DNA from: a virus
Taxonomy: Duplodnaviria > Heunggongvirae > Uroviricota > Caudoviricetes
Length of the DNA stretch: 36,329 nucleotides
Virus record (IMG/VR): IMGVR_UViG_3300017766_004476
Coordinates: 76,413 to 112,741 of that record
Direction: 5' to 3' (one strand)
Shown: positions 1 through 9,880 of the stretch, piece by piece
Numbering within the stretch: position 1 is the first letter of the stretch
How the letters are laid out: every line of letters starts with the position of its first letter
Translations under genes and position numbers: made by a program
The notes under the pieces: model-generated
What the model saw: only the letters and a program-made list of their open reading frames with translations
What the model was told of the DNA's origin: nothing
The model's database searches: none

Positions 1-65
1 AAATGCTGTAAATAGTAGAGTATATCTAATAATCTTGAGCTCTATCGCATTATAATTGTATTTCC

Positions 66-326
66 TCATATTCTCGATGTTGTCTTAGTTACTACATGAA
101 CTCCAGATCCCCGTCCTGCATTACGATGAGTAGGGTTTAAACGTTTAAAGTCTCGAAAGCATTCCGGAGACATAATATTCACCTCTCCTGCAGTCTTATG
201 ACTATAAACCATAACCCCCTTATAGGGTGCAGGCTGCGCAATACCCTTCTTTGCACAAGAAAGGCACACCGTAAGACCTAATTCAGCCCGCTCAGTTTCG
301 ACTTCTTTTTTACATCTACAGATCAT
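66..326 (-). CDS. TraR/DksA-like C4 zinc-finger protein
   Basis: CRC...ERAELGLTVCLSCA resembles the DksA/TraR zinc-finger pattern (C..C...ER......C..C). Confidence 0.55.
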   Translation of the reverse strand: MICRCKKEVETERAELGLTVCLSCAKKGIAQPAPYKGVMVYSHKTAGEVNIMSPECFRDFKRLNPTHRNAGRGSGVHVVTKTTSRI

Positions 327-1312
327 ACTATTTTATGTTTGTTTGCGATAATAACATTACGTGCAAATGTATCAATAAAATACTTTGAATAGTACTCACA
401 ATAATCAGAAACTTTTCTAATATGATCTGCTCTCAGGTCAAGAGGATTCACTGCAGCCTTAAGCCCTACCTTTCTACCGCTCTCTTCTGAATTTTCTAAT
501 TCCCTTATATCTATACCTCTTATGTGGGTAAAGTAATTTCCTATAAAACTTGTGAGACACTTATTATTATCATTGAACGATAAAACATTAAAGATCGATT
601 TATTGAGAATATGTCCAGTATTATGATATAAATCTAAAACTTTATCAATCCAAATGAATTTATCATGAATCGTTTTACATTTATGTGCGGATGCTAAAAA
701 TTCTGCACCATCACCCCACAATGGCCCCCCATATTCACTTTCCCATAATTCATCAATCTTGAAAAGTGTCTCTATATCTGTATATGAAAAATTCTTCTTT
801 AATGTTTCTTTGGAAGAAAACTTCACTTTACAAATTTTCTTTCTCAGATGAAGGGGTATATGCATTACAATTTCATTATAATCAATTCCATCATTGTAAC
901 ACTCTTCTTGATTATGTATATAACCAAACTCATGATAACAATTAGCCTCTAGAACTTTAAAGATATAGGTAAAGAGTTTATCACAGTAATGCTCATACTT
1001 ATCTCTAATTTTATTCTCAAGACTTTCATTTACAAAGACTTTCCTCTCATACTTCAACTCTTCCATTCCTTTACCTAAACTAAAGTCTAAGAGGTTATAG
1101 CAATAGAGATTAAAGAAATCAACTAATACATAGTATGCTACACACTGTTCAGTTATTTCAGACATGAGATGATCTGTTACATCATCTTCATTTATCTTTA
1201 ATTTCTGCGCTATTATCTTCGGATAAATTTCAGGCCACTCGATATTCTCAAAGTGGACCTCACGCGCACCAGTTTCATCAATCTTGTCAAAGAAACCCTT
1301 TATAGAATACAT
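323..1312 (-). CDS. hypothetical protein (329 aa)
   Basis: Long ORF tightly packed with its neighbours; no function recognised. Confidence 0.75.
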   Translation of the reverse strand: MYSIKGFFDKIDETGAREVHFENIEWPEIYPKIIAQKLKINEDDVTDHLMSEITEQCVAYYVLVDFFNLYCYNLLDFSLGKGMEELKYERKVFVNESLENKIRDKYEHYCDKLFTYIFKVLEANCYHEFGYIHNQEECYNDGIDYNEIVMHIPLHLRKKICKVKFSSKETLKKNFSYTDIETLFKIDELWESEYGGPLWGDGAEFLASAHKCKTIHDKFIWIDKVLDLYHNTGHILNKSIFNVLSFNDNNKCLTSFIGNYFTHIRGIDIRELENSEESGRKVGLKAAVNPLDLRADHIRKVSDYCEYYSKYFIDTFARNVIIANKHKIV

Positions 1313-1318
1313 GTTAAT

Positions 1319-1696
1319 TTATATGTTTTGAATTGTGGATACTTTACTTGCAACCTTTAGAAAGTGTTCTAAAGAAGGAATCTGCGAGAATGCAGAACGT
1401 TGCATATTATCTCTTATAGGAGGGGGAATAAATTCTGGTATACTCGTATAGTGGTTTATATCAATACCCCAAAACTGAAACAGATTAGGATTTGTTGAAT
1501 GCTCAATAACCATGATAGCTAACCGATTGCTAAACATCCAAATTATATACTTTTTTGAATCTACCTTTTGAGGTGATATTTCAATGTACTTTACTTTAGA
1601 CTTATGAAAGATCTTAAGTACCTCATCTTTAATATCACTTAACATAGAGTAAGTTTTACTCTGTAGGTTCTTCGAGATAGGTACCAGTATGAACAC
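1319..1696 (-). CDS. hypothetical protein
   Basis: 125-aa ORF in the minus-strand gene run. Confidence 0.6.
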   Translation of the reverse strand: MFILVPISKNLQSKTYSMLSDIKDEVLKIFHKSKVKYIEISPQKVDSKKYIIWMFSNRLAIMVIEHSTNPNLFQFWGIDINHYTSIPEFIPPPIRDNMQRSAFSQIPSLEHFLKVASKVSTIQNI

Positions 1697-1859
1697 AACC
1701 TGCTCTCAAGATATTGAGAAGCTTGTCATATTCAGTATTAGTCAGAGAGAGCATACCTAGTTCACTCATCTTCTTTCCTCCAAGGGAAAGCTCGATTTGT
1801 ACATGCTGCCCAGTCTTAAAAGAAGATATAGGGGTGACCTTTAGAACATCTTGTGCCAT
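1656..1859 (-). CDS. hypothetical protein
   Basis: 67-aa ORF, co-oriented, short overlap with the next gene. Confidence 0.55.
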   Translation of the reverse strand: MAQDVLKVTPISSFKTGQHVQIELSLGGKKMSELGMLSLTNTEYDKLLNILRAGCVHTGTYLEEPTE

Positions 1860-1964
1860 ATGTATATATTATTCGTATTTTTTGTATTGTTGACGATTTG
1901 CATTATTAATATAATCAATAATCTAGATATATCAATGATAATTCTAAATCTCTATGAGATTTAA

Positions 1965-4208
1965 TTAAGAGAATGTCCAATTCATTTGGGTATTTTCAAC
2001 TGGTGCGCTAGCAGACCCTAAAACTGCAGGAGTAACAATAACACCCTCTCGTAAGAAGGCATAATCACCTGATGATGCATCTAACACAGTTGAAGTACAA
2101 GAGAAATCATCCCAATATACGCTACTGGTCGTACCGCCATATGCATCAACATAGAATTCTACAAATCCTGTTTGAGTCGGTGTGATTGCTAAAGTAAGCT
2201 TTTCCCATACGCCTGATGCAGCTGTCATTAAGACAGACTGATTTACATTAACACCTGATAATTGATCAACCGGACATTTAAATCTTCCAGTAATATTCGT
2301 ATTATTGCGGTACATCCATACACTTGCAGAAAGAGGTAAATTAGCCTGACAAAGGACATGTCCAATTCTTTGAGTAAGAGGATATAGATCATCTCGTATA
2401 GTTGATGTTGGAGACAGCTTCCACGAAATACCTGTAGTGCCATGAATAATAGTTGAATCTGTAGTTATCAGACCATTATCAGTATATATAAAATGGCTAT
2501 CAGGCACTCCTTGTTCATTAATAGAAATGATTCGAGCATGCTCATAATCTGTATAAGTATTGACAATGGTTGCTTCTCCTCTTCTAAAATTATACAAATA
2601 TATTTCTGAAGGACCAGCACCTAATGTAAAGCATCCAACAGTATTTGAATATGTCGAGAGATTATACATCAAGGTGTTGTATGAATTAATAGGTGCAAAG
2701 GCCACATTAGAATTTAAAGCTATAACAGGATCATAGAATGTATTATTTGAGCATGTGGTAAATGCAAGACCTCTTGATGTATTACGAGTAAATTTTACAT
2801 TATACAAAGCACAGTCTCTCATTGCTGTTGCATCAAGACCATCAGAAGCATTATTACTAAAATCGACTGCAGAAAAGGTAGAAGCCCAGTTCACGTTTGA
2901 ATTCCAGCCGTCTGCGACATTCGAATAGAGTAGCATATTATTAACCTCCCACCCTACACCTCGTGTAAACGTTGTACCGGCACCGCTGGTATTCGCCCAA
3001 CACTTTACAAATTTAAGACGGCGGCCATGCGTTGCAGCCATGTTTAAGCTGTAAGCAGCACCAGTATGAGAGGTCCCACCATCATTATATATTTCAAGAA
3101 AATTGCAATTATTATTGCTGGTGTAATAACTGCAATTTGCCCGAGAGGTTATAAATCTTGAAAACTTCAAATAATTTGTATTAGACAGGAAGAACACATT
3201 ACCATATGCATTTAATGGTGAAAAGAATGTAACAGCACCTGCAGGCTGTGTTGTCATATCTGTCTTATTCCATCCCCCGCTAATATTAATGTAGTTATTG
3301 GCAGACCCATTAGCCATAAACGTAAAGATATTGTTAAGGGCAACAATTTGCATTCCTAATGGGATTGGATCTCTATAATATACTGGGGCAGTTTCTGTAG
3401 TCCCAACATACCCTCTACTTGCAGTACCAGCAGAGGAATTCGGTTGACCTTCAATCAAGATTTTTGTATTTTCAACTGCACGAATTGCCCACCAAGTCGG
3501 ATCTGCTTCAGTATTTTTACCTATAATTCCTTGAAGGTTGATATTATTTGTTGCAAAGACATTATCAATATGAAACGTAAATGCACCAGGGTCAACCGAT
3601 GAAGTTATAGCAATAGAACTTATGTTTGTACCAAACGTTCCTCTAATTGTTATAGGGATCCAGGTGTTAGCTGCTACGGTACCGGGCGGTTTACCTGCTG
3701 ATACATAGAGTGTATTAACTGGTACAGCACCTAAGCCGTCAGAACACAAATTAACTCTGAGTGCATCGATATTAATAGATGCAGTAACAAAGTATAACCA
3801 GAAGCTTATTGCACTGTAAGGTGAGAGGTCACGTACTGCAGTTAATGGATAATACCCTAAATTAGTATCTGCAGCCCATCCTGCTGCAACAGTAAACACA
3901 GACGAATTAGCTCCTTGTTTACGGGTAGTGCTCGTAGAGGCGGTTACACCAGACCCTGCAGTCCATGCACCATCATAATAGAGATGCTGTACAGGGTTTG
4001 CAGTTAATGTGACGAATGTACCTAAATTTGTCCAGGCACCATTATCTAAATTAATAGGATTATCAGACTGCATTACTCTAATTTCATCACCGGCAGATGC
4101 AACAGATGTTAAACTTGCACCGCTCAAAGTCTTCTTTCGAGTTGCAAAAGTTAATCCGTTATTAGCATCATTTCCGCTGAGATAGTCTACGTAAATTGTT
4201 GAAGGCAT
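1965..4208 (-). CDS. putative virion/tailspike-like protein with a central parallel beta-helix region
   Basis: 747 aa, rich in G/S/T/N; repeated short beta-strand/Asn-ladder segments (e.g. LYSNVADG, FSNNASDG, FTRNTSRG); clustered with other structural-type genes. Confidence 0.6.
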   Translation of the reverse strand: MPSTIYVDYLSGNDANNGLTFATRKKTLSGASLTSVASAGDEIRVMQSDNPINLDNGAWTNLGTFVTLTANPVQHLYYDGAWTAGSGVTASTSTTRKQGANSSVFTVAAGWAADTNLGYYPLTAVRDLSPYSAISFWLYFVTASINIDALRVNLCSDGLGAVPVNTLYVSAGKPPGTVAANTWIPITIRGTFGTNISSIAITSSVDPGAFTFHIDNVFATNNINLQGIIGKNTEADPTWWAIRAVENTKILIEGQPNSSAGTASRGYVGTTETAPVYYRDPIPLGMQIVALNNIFTFMANGSANNYINISGGWNKTDMTTQPAGAVTFFSPLNAYGNVFFLSNTNYLKFSRFITSRANCSYYTSNNNCNFLEIYNDGGTSHTGAAYSLNMAATHGRRLKFVKCWANTSGAGTTFTRGVGWEVNNMLLYSNVADGWNSNVNWASTFSAVDFSNNASDGLDATAMRDCALYNVKFTRNTSRGLAFTTCSNNTFYDPVIALNSNVAFAPINSYNTLMYNLSTYSNTVGCFTLGAGPSEIYLYNFRRGEATIVNTYTDYEHARIISINEQGVPDSHFIYTDNGLITTDSTIIHGTTGISWKLSPTSTIRDDLYPLTQRIGHVLCQANLPLSASVWMYRNNTNITGRFKCPVDQLSGVNVNQSVLMTAASGVWEKLTLAITPTQTGFVEFYVDAYGGTTSSVYWDDFSCTSTVLDASSGDYAFLREGVIVTPAVLGSASAPVENTQMNWTFS

Positions 4209-4210
4209 AT

Positions 4211-4411
4211 TTATCCGTTAGCAGATATTGTATTGATGTTAGTAATGTACCGATTCGCTTCAGTAATTATCTGTGCTTCTGTAGGCATTTCTGAAAAATA
4301 AAACATTACTGTTTTATCTCCATATACATTATGCCATACACAAACTCGGGCAATATAATCATCAGATACTCCATGTTGTTGTGTGTCTATTATATATTTG
4401 TAAGAAAGCAT
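4211..4411 (-). CDS. small hypothetical protein, possibly an accessory/chaperone of the adjacent fibre genes
   Basis: 66-aa ORF with 2-nt gaps to both neighbours; the function is inference from position only. Confidence 0.5.
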   Translation of the reverse strand: MLSYKYIIDTQQHGVSDDYIARVCVWHNVYGDKTVMFYFSEMPTEAQIITEANRYITNINTISANG

Positions 4412-4413
4412 AA

Positions 4414-5388
4414 TTAAACCTTTACCACCTTTAAAATTAAATGAGCACGAGCTAGTGTTGCAGCCGTTAATACATTAAACCGTAAAATATCTCCTTCAAC
4501 AATATTTACCGTCCAACTCGTAAGCGTTGTGTCTTGATATTTATTAGTTCCGGATAATGTTGGATAATTTCCTCCTGTAATAGAGTCTGCAGAAGTAGGA
4601 GGGAAATTGTTATAGGTATCTTTCCAGATATCTACCACTAATGTTCCTGATACGTCACCTAAAAGAGTAACCCTCTGAATGGTACAAGCATATGGTATTT
4701 CAACATCACCTTTAATTCCTGTCGTGATAGATTGAACACCTGCAAGAGTTATACCAATCGAATGATAATCAGTATTCCAGAATGCGCTATTACTTCTTAC
4801 TGTGGTTTCTGTATTCTCCCAATCACCGCTGTTATTTCTAACAGTAGTATAAACAGAAGACCAGTTTGCACTATTTGCCACTAAATCACTTGAGTCAAAC
4901 CCTGCACCACCGACCCAGCTAGCAGAATTAGCTCTTACAGTAATCGTAGTACTAACCCAATCTGCACTATTCGAATTGACTAATGAGTAAGTATTTTGCC
5001 AATTTCCAGAATTTGCAACTAAATCGATAGAGTTAAAGTTATTGTCTAATAACCAGCTTGCGCTATTATCATGAACAAATGTAGTAATATATTGCCAGTC
5101 ACCACTATATACTGAAACAATAGTAAAGGTGTTATTCCAATTTGCAGAATTTGCAGCAATCTCACTTGAATTAAAGCTGCTTCCATTACCTCCACTTAAA
5201 ATCCATATAGAGCTATTACTTTGAACTGTAGTAAATACACTATCTATATTTGCAAATAAGAGAGCAATACTCCGGTCATTTAAGTTAATACCTGAGAGTA
5301 GAGGACTATAAACATAGACATTCGCACTCAGTGTGTTTGCGTAAACACCATCAAGAAAATATTGCGGTAAATTGTAATAATTATTCAT
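4414..5388 (-). CDS. fibre-like virion protein with 14-residue W-x2-T-x3-V-x2-NS repeats and a C-terminal beta domain
   Basis: Repeats visible in the translation (NSANW, NSGNW, NSADW, NSASW, NSGDW, NSAFW). Confidence 0.6.
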   Translation of the reverse strand: MNNYYNLPQYFLDGVYANTLSANVYVYSPLLSGINLNDRSIALLFANIDSVFTTVQSNSSIWILSGGNGSSFNSSEIAANSANWNNTFTIVSVYSGDWQYITTFVHDNSASWLLDNNFNSIDLVANSGNWQNTYSLVNSNSADWVSTTITVRANSASWVGGAGFDSSDLVANSANWSSVYTTVRNNSGDWENTETTVRSNSAFWNTDYHSIGITLAGVQSITTGIKGDVEIPYACTIQRVTLLGDVSGTLVVDIWKDTYNNFPPTSADSITGGNYPTLSGTNKYQDTTLTSWTVNIVEGDILRFNVLTAATLARAHLILKVVKV

Positions 5389-5401
5389 CTACTATGATTA
5401 T

Positions 5402-7126
5402 TTATGAGGTGTAGACATCCCAGAGCCTGATATATTTGGTAATACCATTAACGGTTATCTGTAAGAATTCACCGTTAGTGACCATTGATCCTGAGACTAA
5501 TGTAGTATTAGTTAGGTTTATGTTTGCTGCAGAAAGATTAGTAATTTTTGCACCAACAGATTGAATGCCTTGAATAGATGAGTTATAAGTAGTATTAGGC
5601 ATACCCCCAAACGCACCATTATCATTAAACTGTAATTCGAGATTATTACCACCAGGCACTGTACTTCCGCTTCCTCCTGATATAACGGTAGTAGTATTAG
5701 GAGCTCCCGAACCACCACCAGAATCAGAAGCACGAGCAATTTGCTGTCTTAACCGATTTACATTCTTATCAACATACTGCTGTAAGTCTTTAAAGATTTG
5801 ATCAGAATCCTTTTGCGGTAAGCTCTTTGATCCGTTTACTTTCTTTTCAACAACTAAAGAAGATATTTGATTATCAAGGTTTGACTTTAAAAGATTAACA
5901 CACTCATTTATGATTGTATTAATGCGTTGTTCAGAACTCTTAATTAGCCCATCAACCTTTAGAGTAACTGTATTGTCTAGTTGGTTGAATTTATCAGTAA
6001 TACGTGATTCAAGATATAGGTTACATTCATTTTGAATGTGAGGTATTGAGATCTCATTTACTTGTGTGGTAAGTAGTGTTACTTGAGATGAAATATCTTG
6101 CTTAAGGATAAATACTTGTTCATCAATGTGCTGAGAAATCTCATCATTTAATTCATCAAATTGCTGATTAAGTGGTTGTGATAATCCTGTGAAAAGGTTT
6201 GTAGAAAGAGTCTCTATATTAGATGAAACCTTTTCATCGACACTATAAAGCATCTGATGTAAAATTTCATCACGAGCCTCATTTAAAGTCGTAATACTAC
6301 CATCAGTAAATTCTTCTACAATTTGCTGAACTCTCTCAGTCAACTCTTGCTGTGATTTTTCTGCATTATGAGCTATCGTAGTAGTTGTAGTGAGTGCTTC
6401 CTGGGTAAGAGAGTCTTTAAATTGTGCAAACTCTTTTAAAAGATTTGACTTTAACGAATCAGTACTCTGCTTAAAGAGCTCCTTATTATTCTGGTCGATG
6501 GTCTTTAAAAAGTTATCTACAGCAGTAGATTTGTAATTCTCAAATACATTATTAAGATCGACTTTAAACTTTTCTGACTCCTGTATAATTTTTTGAGTAA
6601 CTGAGAAATACTCCTGTAAGAGTGTAGATTTATATTCCTGGAGATCACTCTCTATTATTTGTGAATCTCGAGACTCTAACTCTTCTTCCTTCTCAACAAG
6701 TTGATTCTTAAGCTCTTGACACTCTTTAATTAATTCAACCTTTTCAACATCTGGTTGAATTTCAGGCACTGAAACTACTGGTGCAGGAGGTGGAGGAATT
6801 ACTGCTTCTTCAACTAATACGGGAGGTAAATTAGTAATAGAGTACAATGAGGTATTAGCTGATCTCTCATTAAAGAATACTCCCCAATCTTCTGAATTTT
6901 CAGAAACTACAACTTTAAAGGTATACTCCTTTAAACGATCATCTATCTCAACCGGAAGCTTAATAAACATCTGCTCCTTTTTAGTGAAATATTCACCAAA
7001 TAGAACGCTCTCATTTATTGTTATTTCTGCATGGAGAAGTTCAGTACGTATAGATGGTACAATAATAACATTCTCTTTAGAAGATATTACTGGTACTGAA
7101 ATATTATTAATGCGTATTGAACTCAT
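5402..7126 (-). CDS. long coiled-coil protein with a Gly-rich linker and C-terminal QFND motif (virion-associated)
   Basis: E/Q/K/L-rich helical core; GGNNLELQFNDNGAFGG is a motif type seen in phage fibre proteins. Confidence 0.6.
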   Translation of the reverse strand: MSSIRINNISVPVISSKENVIIVPSIRTELLHAEITINESVLFGEYFTKKEQMFIKLPVEIDDRLKEYTFKVVVSENSEDWGVFFNERSANTSLYSITNLPPVLVEEAVIPPPPAPVVSVPEIQPDVEKVELIKECQELKNQLVEKEEELESRDSQIIESDLQEYKSTLLQEYFSVTQKIIQESEKFKVDLNNVFENYKSTAVDNFLKTIDQNNKELFKQSTDSLKSNLLKEFAQFKDSLTQEALTTTTTIAHNAEKSQQELTERVQQIVEEFTDGSITTLNEARDEILHQMLYSVDEKVSSNIETLSTNLFTGLSQPLNQQFDELNDEISQHIDEQVFILKQDISSQVTLLTTQVNEISIPHIQNECNLYLESRITDKFNQLDNTVTLKVDGLIKSSEQRINTIINECVNLLKSNLDNQISSLVVEKKVNGSKSLPQKDSDQIFKDLQQYVDKNVNRLRQQIARASDSGGGSGAPNTTTVISGGSGSTVPGGNNLELQFNDNGAFGGMPNTTYNSSIQGIQSVGAKITNLSAANINLTNTTLVSGSMVTNGEFLQITVNGITKYIRLWDVYTS

Positions 7127-7151
7127 TTATTGTATTTATTAAATTACTAGA

Positions 7152-8474
7152 TTACGCAAACGGATATGTCTTACCAGATCCAGAATTATATAGGGTAACC
7201 ACTTCATTATAAGTGAGTGCTTTACCGAACCAAATACCTACTTCATCTAACATACCCCCTAAATATGCGATTTCAGTTTGATCTTTACCTATTATGAGGT
7301 CAGACGATCCTGAATTTATAGTAGAGTCGTTATATGCAACTGATTCAAACAAGCTTCCATTGACGGATATCTTTAAGAACCCATTCTCAAGGTCACATAC
7401 ACCTACTACAAAGTAACGAGTGTTAGATGAGAGAGGAATACTATAGGTTGCCTGAGAATAGGTACTTCCTGCAGGTGATACTAAGAATGCTACTTTACCC
7501 GTTGTCGTAAAGTCACTAATATAAAGAGAATAATCTCTATTTCCTGGTGCTGTAGACCATTTATTAATGATGCCTTGTATTGCTTGTGCGGAGGTTACAT
7601 TAAACCATGCTGCAACGCTCAGGCTTGCTGTATTAGGCTGAACTAGACTGCTATTAGGAGTCTTAATATAACGTGCCTGACTCCTGAGTAATGATAAACC
7701 AGTACCAACAACACCGGTAGTTGTGTCAATATCTCCATTGGTTGCAGTCATTGGAATATTATAAGTACTTGACACGCTTGAATTAAATGTTAACCCATTT
7801 GAACCTTCAAATGCATAGTACATTCTCAATCCATCAAGTAAGGTATTTTCATCAGCAATTGGATCAGTACCGCATGGTAATCTATAGAGAATATATGTAG
7901 GATTTGGATCACCATTTATATTACCTGAAAGACTATCATAGTCAGATACACCTGGAGTATCACTCAATCTTAATGAAATCTTTCCTCCGGTATGAGTAAT
8001 TGTATAATCCCAATCTCCATTAGTTACTGCATTTGCAGATGTGCTATAATTTAAGTTAGCAGGAATTTGAATATAATCAGCTCCATTGTTGTAATAGAGG
8101 AACATGTTAGTGTTTGCTGTCGCCCAGAGGTTAGTATCATATTGAAACGCACCACTGAGATATATTACTTTGTAAGTACCTGCATCTAAAGAAGTACCAC
8201 TATTAAAGTATGAAGTAATAGGTGACGTTACCGTAGTATAGGTTGCAGTTGATATGAATACTCGATCACAGCTTATAGGTGCTGCTGATAAAGTATAATC
8301 CTGCGGGTAATTTTCACCATTGGCATTTTGAGTTGATGAACGCGTAGGGCGCTTAGGTAGAGTTATGGAAGGAATAGATCTCTCGGATATATAAATCTGC
8401 TCAAGGGACGGAGAATTACCTACTGCTACCTTAACACCCGACCGTCCTGCATAATAATCATCAAATAAAGCCAT
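7152..8474 (-). CDS. LamG/concanavalin A-like jellyroll domain protein (virion/adhesion)
   Basis: C-terminal SVAAWF...YFVVGV...ISVNG...LIIGKD...GMLDEVGIWFGKALTYNEVVTLYN is a typical LamG signature. Confidence 0.8.
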   Translation of the reverse strand: MALFDDYYAGRSGVKVAVGNSPSLEQIYISERSIPSITLPKRPTRSSTQNANGENYPQDYTLSAAPISCDRVFISTATYTTVTSPITSYFNSGTSLDAGTYKVIYLSGAFQYDTNLWATANTNMFLYYNNGADYIQIPANLNYSTSANAVTNGDWDYTITHTGGKISLRLSDTPGVSDYDSLSGNINGDPNPTYILYRLPCGTDPIADENTLLDGLRMYYAFEGSNGLTFNSSVSSTYNIPMTATNGDIDTTTGVVGTGLSLLRSQARYIKTPNSSLVQPNTASLSVAAWFNVTSAQAIQGIINKWSTAPGNRDYSLYISDFTTTGKVAFLVSPAGSTYSQATYSIPLSSNTRYFVVGVCDLENGFLKISVNGSLFESVAYNDSTINSGSSDLIIGKDQTEIAYLGGMLDEVGIWFGKALTYNEVVTLYNSGSGKTYPFA

Positions 8475-8477
8475 GTA

Positions 8478-8485
8478 ATTATTTA
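8478..8485 (-). promoter_or_regulatory. TAAATA(AT) element, possible T4-type late-promoter-like motif
   Basis: The same element precedes the LamG gene (8478-8485), coiled-coil gene (7133-7138), tmRNA (20928-20935), ORF 20949-21548 (21553-21560) and the large ncRNA (22525-22530); the AT-rich background weakens this. Confidence 0.35.
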
Positions 8486-8498
8486 ACTAAAAACATGG

Positions 8499-8528
8499 AA
8501 AAGGCTATAGGTTTGACCCTATAGCCTT
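8499..8528 (-). terminator. intrinsic terminator-like hairpin
   Basis: AAGGCTATAGG/CCTATAGCCTT inverted repeat followed by a short T run on the minus strand, just downstream of the HNH gene. Confidence 0.6.
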
Positions 8529-8543
8529 AATAGTAAGTAACTC

Positions 8544-9158
8544 TTAGAGATACAAGAAGTGCTTCCAATCAGGATGCTTTACTTCTTTAAAGCGCGCGCA
8601 TGCAGGAATAGGTAAAGGCGCTCTAGGTTTTCTAATTAACTTCAATCCTACTTCGTGATTGTACCTATTACCCTTTTTAGTATTAACATCTTTATGACAT
8701 AATACCAGATTCTCGAAGGTATCTTTACCTCCTTTATCTCGAGGAATAACATGGTCAAGATTACCTGTTGCCTTAGTGAGAGGGACGTTGGTGTATTGAC
8801 AAATACCTCCATCTCGTTCCCAAATACGTTTATTAGTGACGCTGACCTTCATCTGTGGCATTCTATTGAAGTTACAGCATACCGTAATTGTAGGTACTCG
8901 AATCTGCTGACGCGCAGATTGAATATATAGATGATGCTCTTCAACAGGTAAAGTAATCCACTCTTCCCAAGTACATGCATTAAACTGTGGATCTCGATCA
9001 AAATCAATAGATCCATCGTCTTTCCGCAGATAGGTAATGCTCACCGGCTTTACTGAGCCTCTCCAAATATCATTGAGAGCTTCAGCTACAGTACATGAGT
9101 CAATAGCCTGCCATGCTGCATTTAGCTTTAATGTTACTTTGCGGTTTAAGATGTTCAT
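8544..9158 (-). CDS. HNH endonuclease (McrA-like)
   Basis: IWERDGGICQY...NLDHVIPRDKGGKDTFENLVLCHKDVNTKKGN. Confidence 0.85.
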   Translation of the reverse strand: MNILNRKVTLKLNAAWQAIDSCTVAEALNDIWRGSVKPVSITYLRKDDGSIDFDRDPQFNACTWEEWITLPVEEHHLYIQSARQQIRVPTITVCCNFNRMPQMKVSVTNKRIWERDGGICQYTNVPLTKATGNLDHVIPRDKGGKDTFENLVLCHKDVNTKKGNRYNHEVGLKLIRKPRAPLPIPACARFKEVKHPDWKHFLYL

Positions 9159-9159
9159 A

Positions 9160-9408
9160 TTATTTCCTTAATCCACCACTGACAGTAGAGAGGAGCATTC
9201 TTTTAGTGAATTCAGCCTTTGAAATTGGATCGTTCCAATTCTTCTTATCCTCTCTCCAGCCATCTGGATCGAGCACTCGAATATCAAGAATTTTACACCA
9301 TTCATCTGGTGTCTTTAATTCAACTTTATTTCCCCATTCAATTTCGTCATAATGTGAACGAAAGTTCTGTGAGAAACAATTTCTCGGTTTATCGCCTTTT
9401 CCTGCCAT
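9160..9408 (-). CDS. hypothetical protein
   Basis: 82-aa ORF abutting the HNH gene. Confidence 0.6.
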   Translation of the reverse strand: MAGKGDKPRNCFSQNFRSHYDEIEWGNKVELKTPDEWCKILDIRVLDPDGWREDKKNWNDPISKAEFTKRMLLSTVSGGLRK

Positions 9409-9416
9409 AATGTTAA

Positions 9417-9454
9417 TAAAAAATTGCTGTAATAACGATTTGTATTACAGCAAT
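9417..9454 (-). terminator. intrinsic terminator-like hairpin
   Basis: 12-bp inverted repeat ATTGCTGTAATA/TATTACAGCAAT followed by a T run on the minus strand. Confidence 0.65.
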
Positions 9455-9486
9455 GATATTATATGATTTTTATGTTAAATCAATTA

Positions 9487-9813
9487 TTATTTCTGATGTT
9501 GGTGAGCGTCCTTAATCTTACACCCTTCTACACCGCAAACCGGATTAACCTTCTTTTTATCAACAGATGCAAGAGCTTCTTTCTTACCGATTTCAATACC
9601 TCGGGTAAGAGCATTGTTTAAATGTGCTTCAAAAGCTTTATGGAGACGGAAGTCAATTTTACCTTCTCCGAGAAGTTCACGTTCCTTACCGTCATCTTCA
9701 AAGAAGATTCCAACTAAGTCCCCACCATCTTTGAATTTTGGATGTATTTTGTATTGTGGCATATTTTTGCGGAGCCTATAATCGGTTTCGCGCCGATGAT
9801 TCAACTTTACCAA
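9487..9813 (-). CDS. hypothetical protein
   Basis: 108-aa ORF; the true start may be the internal MPQYK. Confidence 0.55.
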   Translation of the reverse strand: MVKLNHRRETDYRLRKNMPQYKIHPKFKDGGDLVGIFFEDDGKERELLGEGKIDFRLHKAFEAHLNNALTRGIEIGKKEALASVDKKKVNPVCGVEGCKIKDAHQHQK

Positions 9814-9880
9814 AGTCGTAGTTTACTATTAGCTTATACAGGCAATTGTAATTATTTATTGTGTTCTAAAGGGTTGCAAC

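Noticed and set aside
323-1312. Functional call from the YGGPLW...IDKVLDLYHNTG segment
   Set aside because: It looks like a conserved motif, but I cannot tie it to a named family without a search
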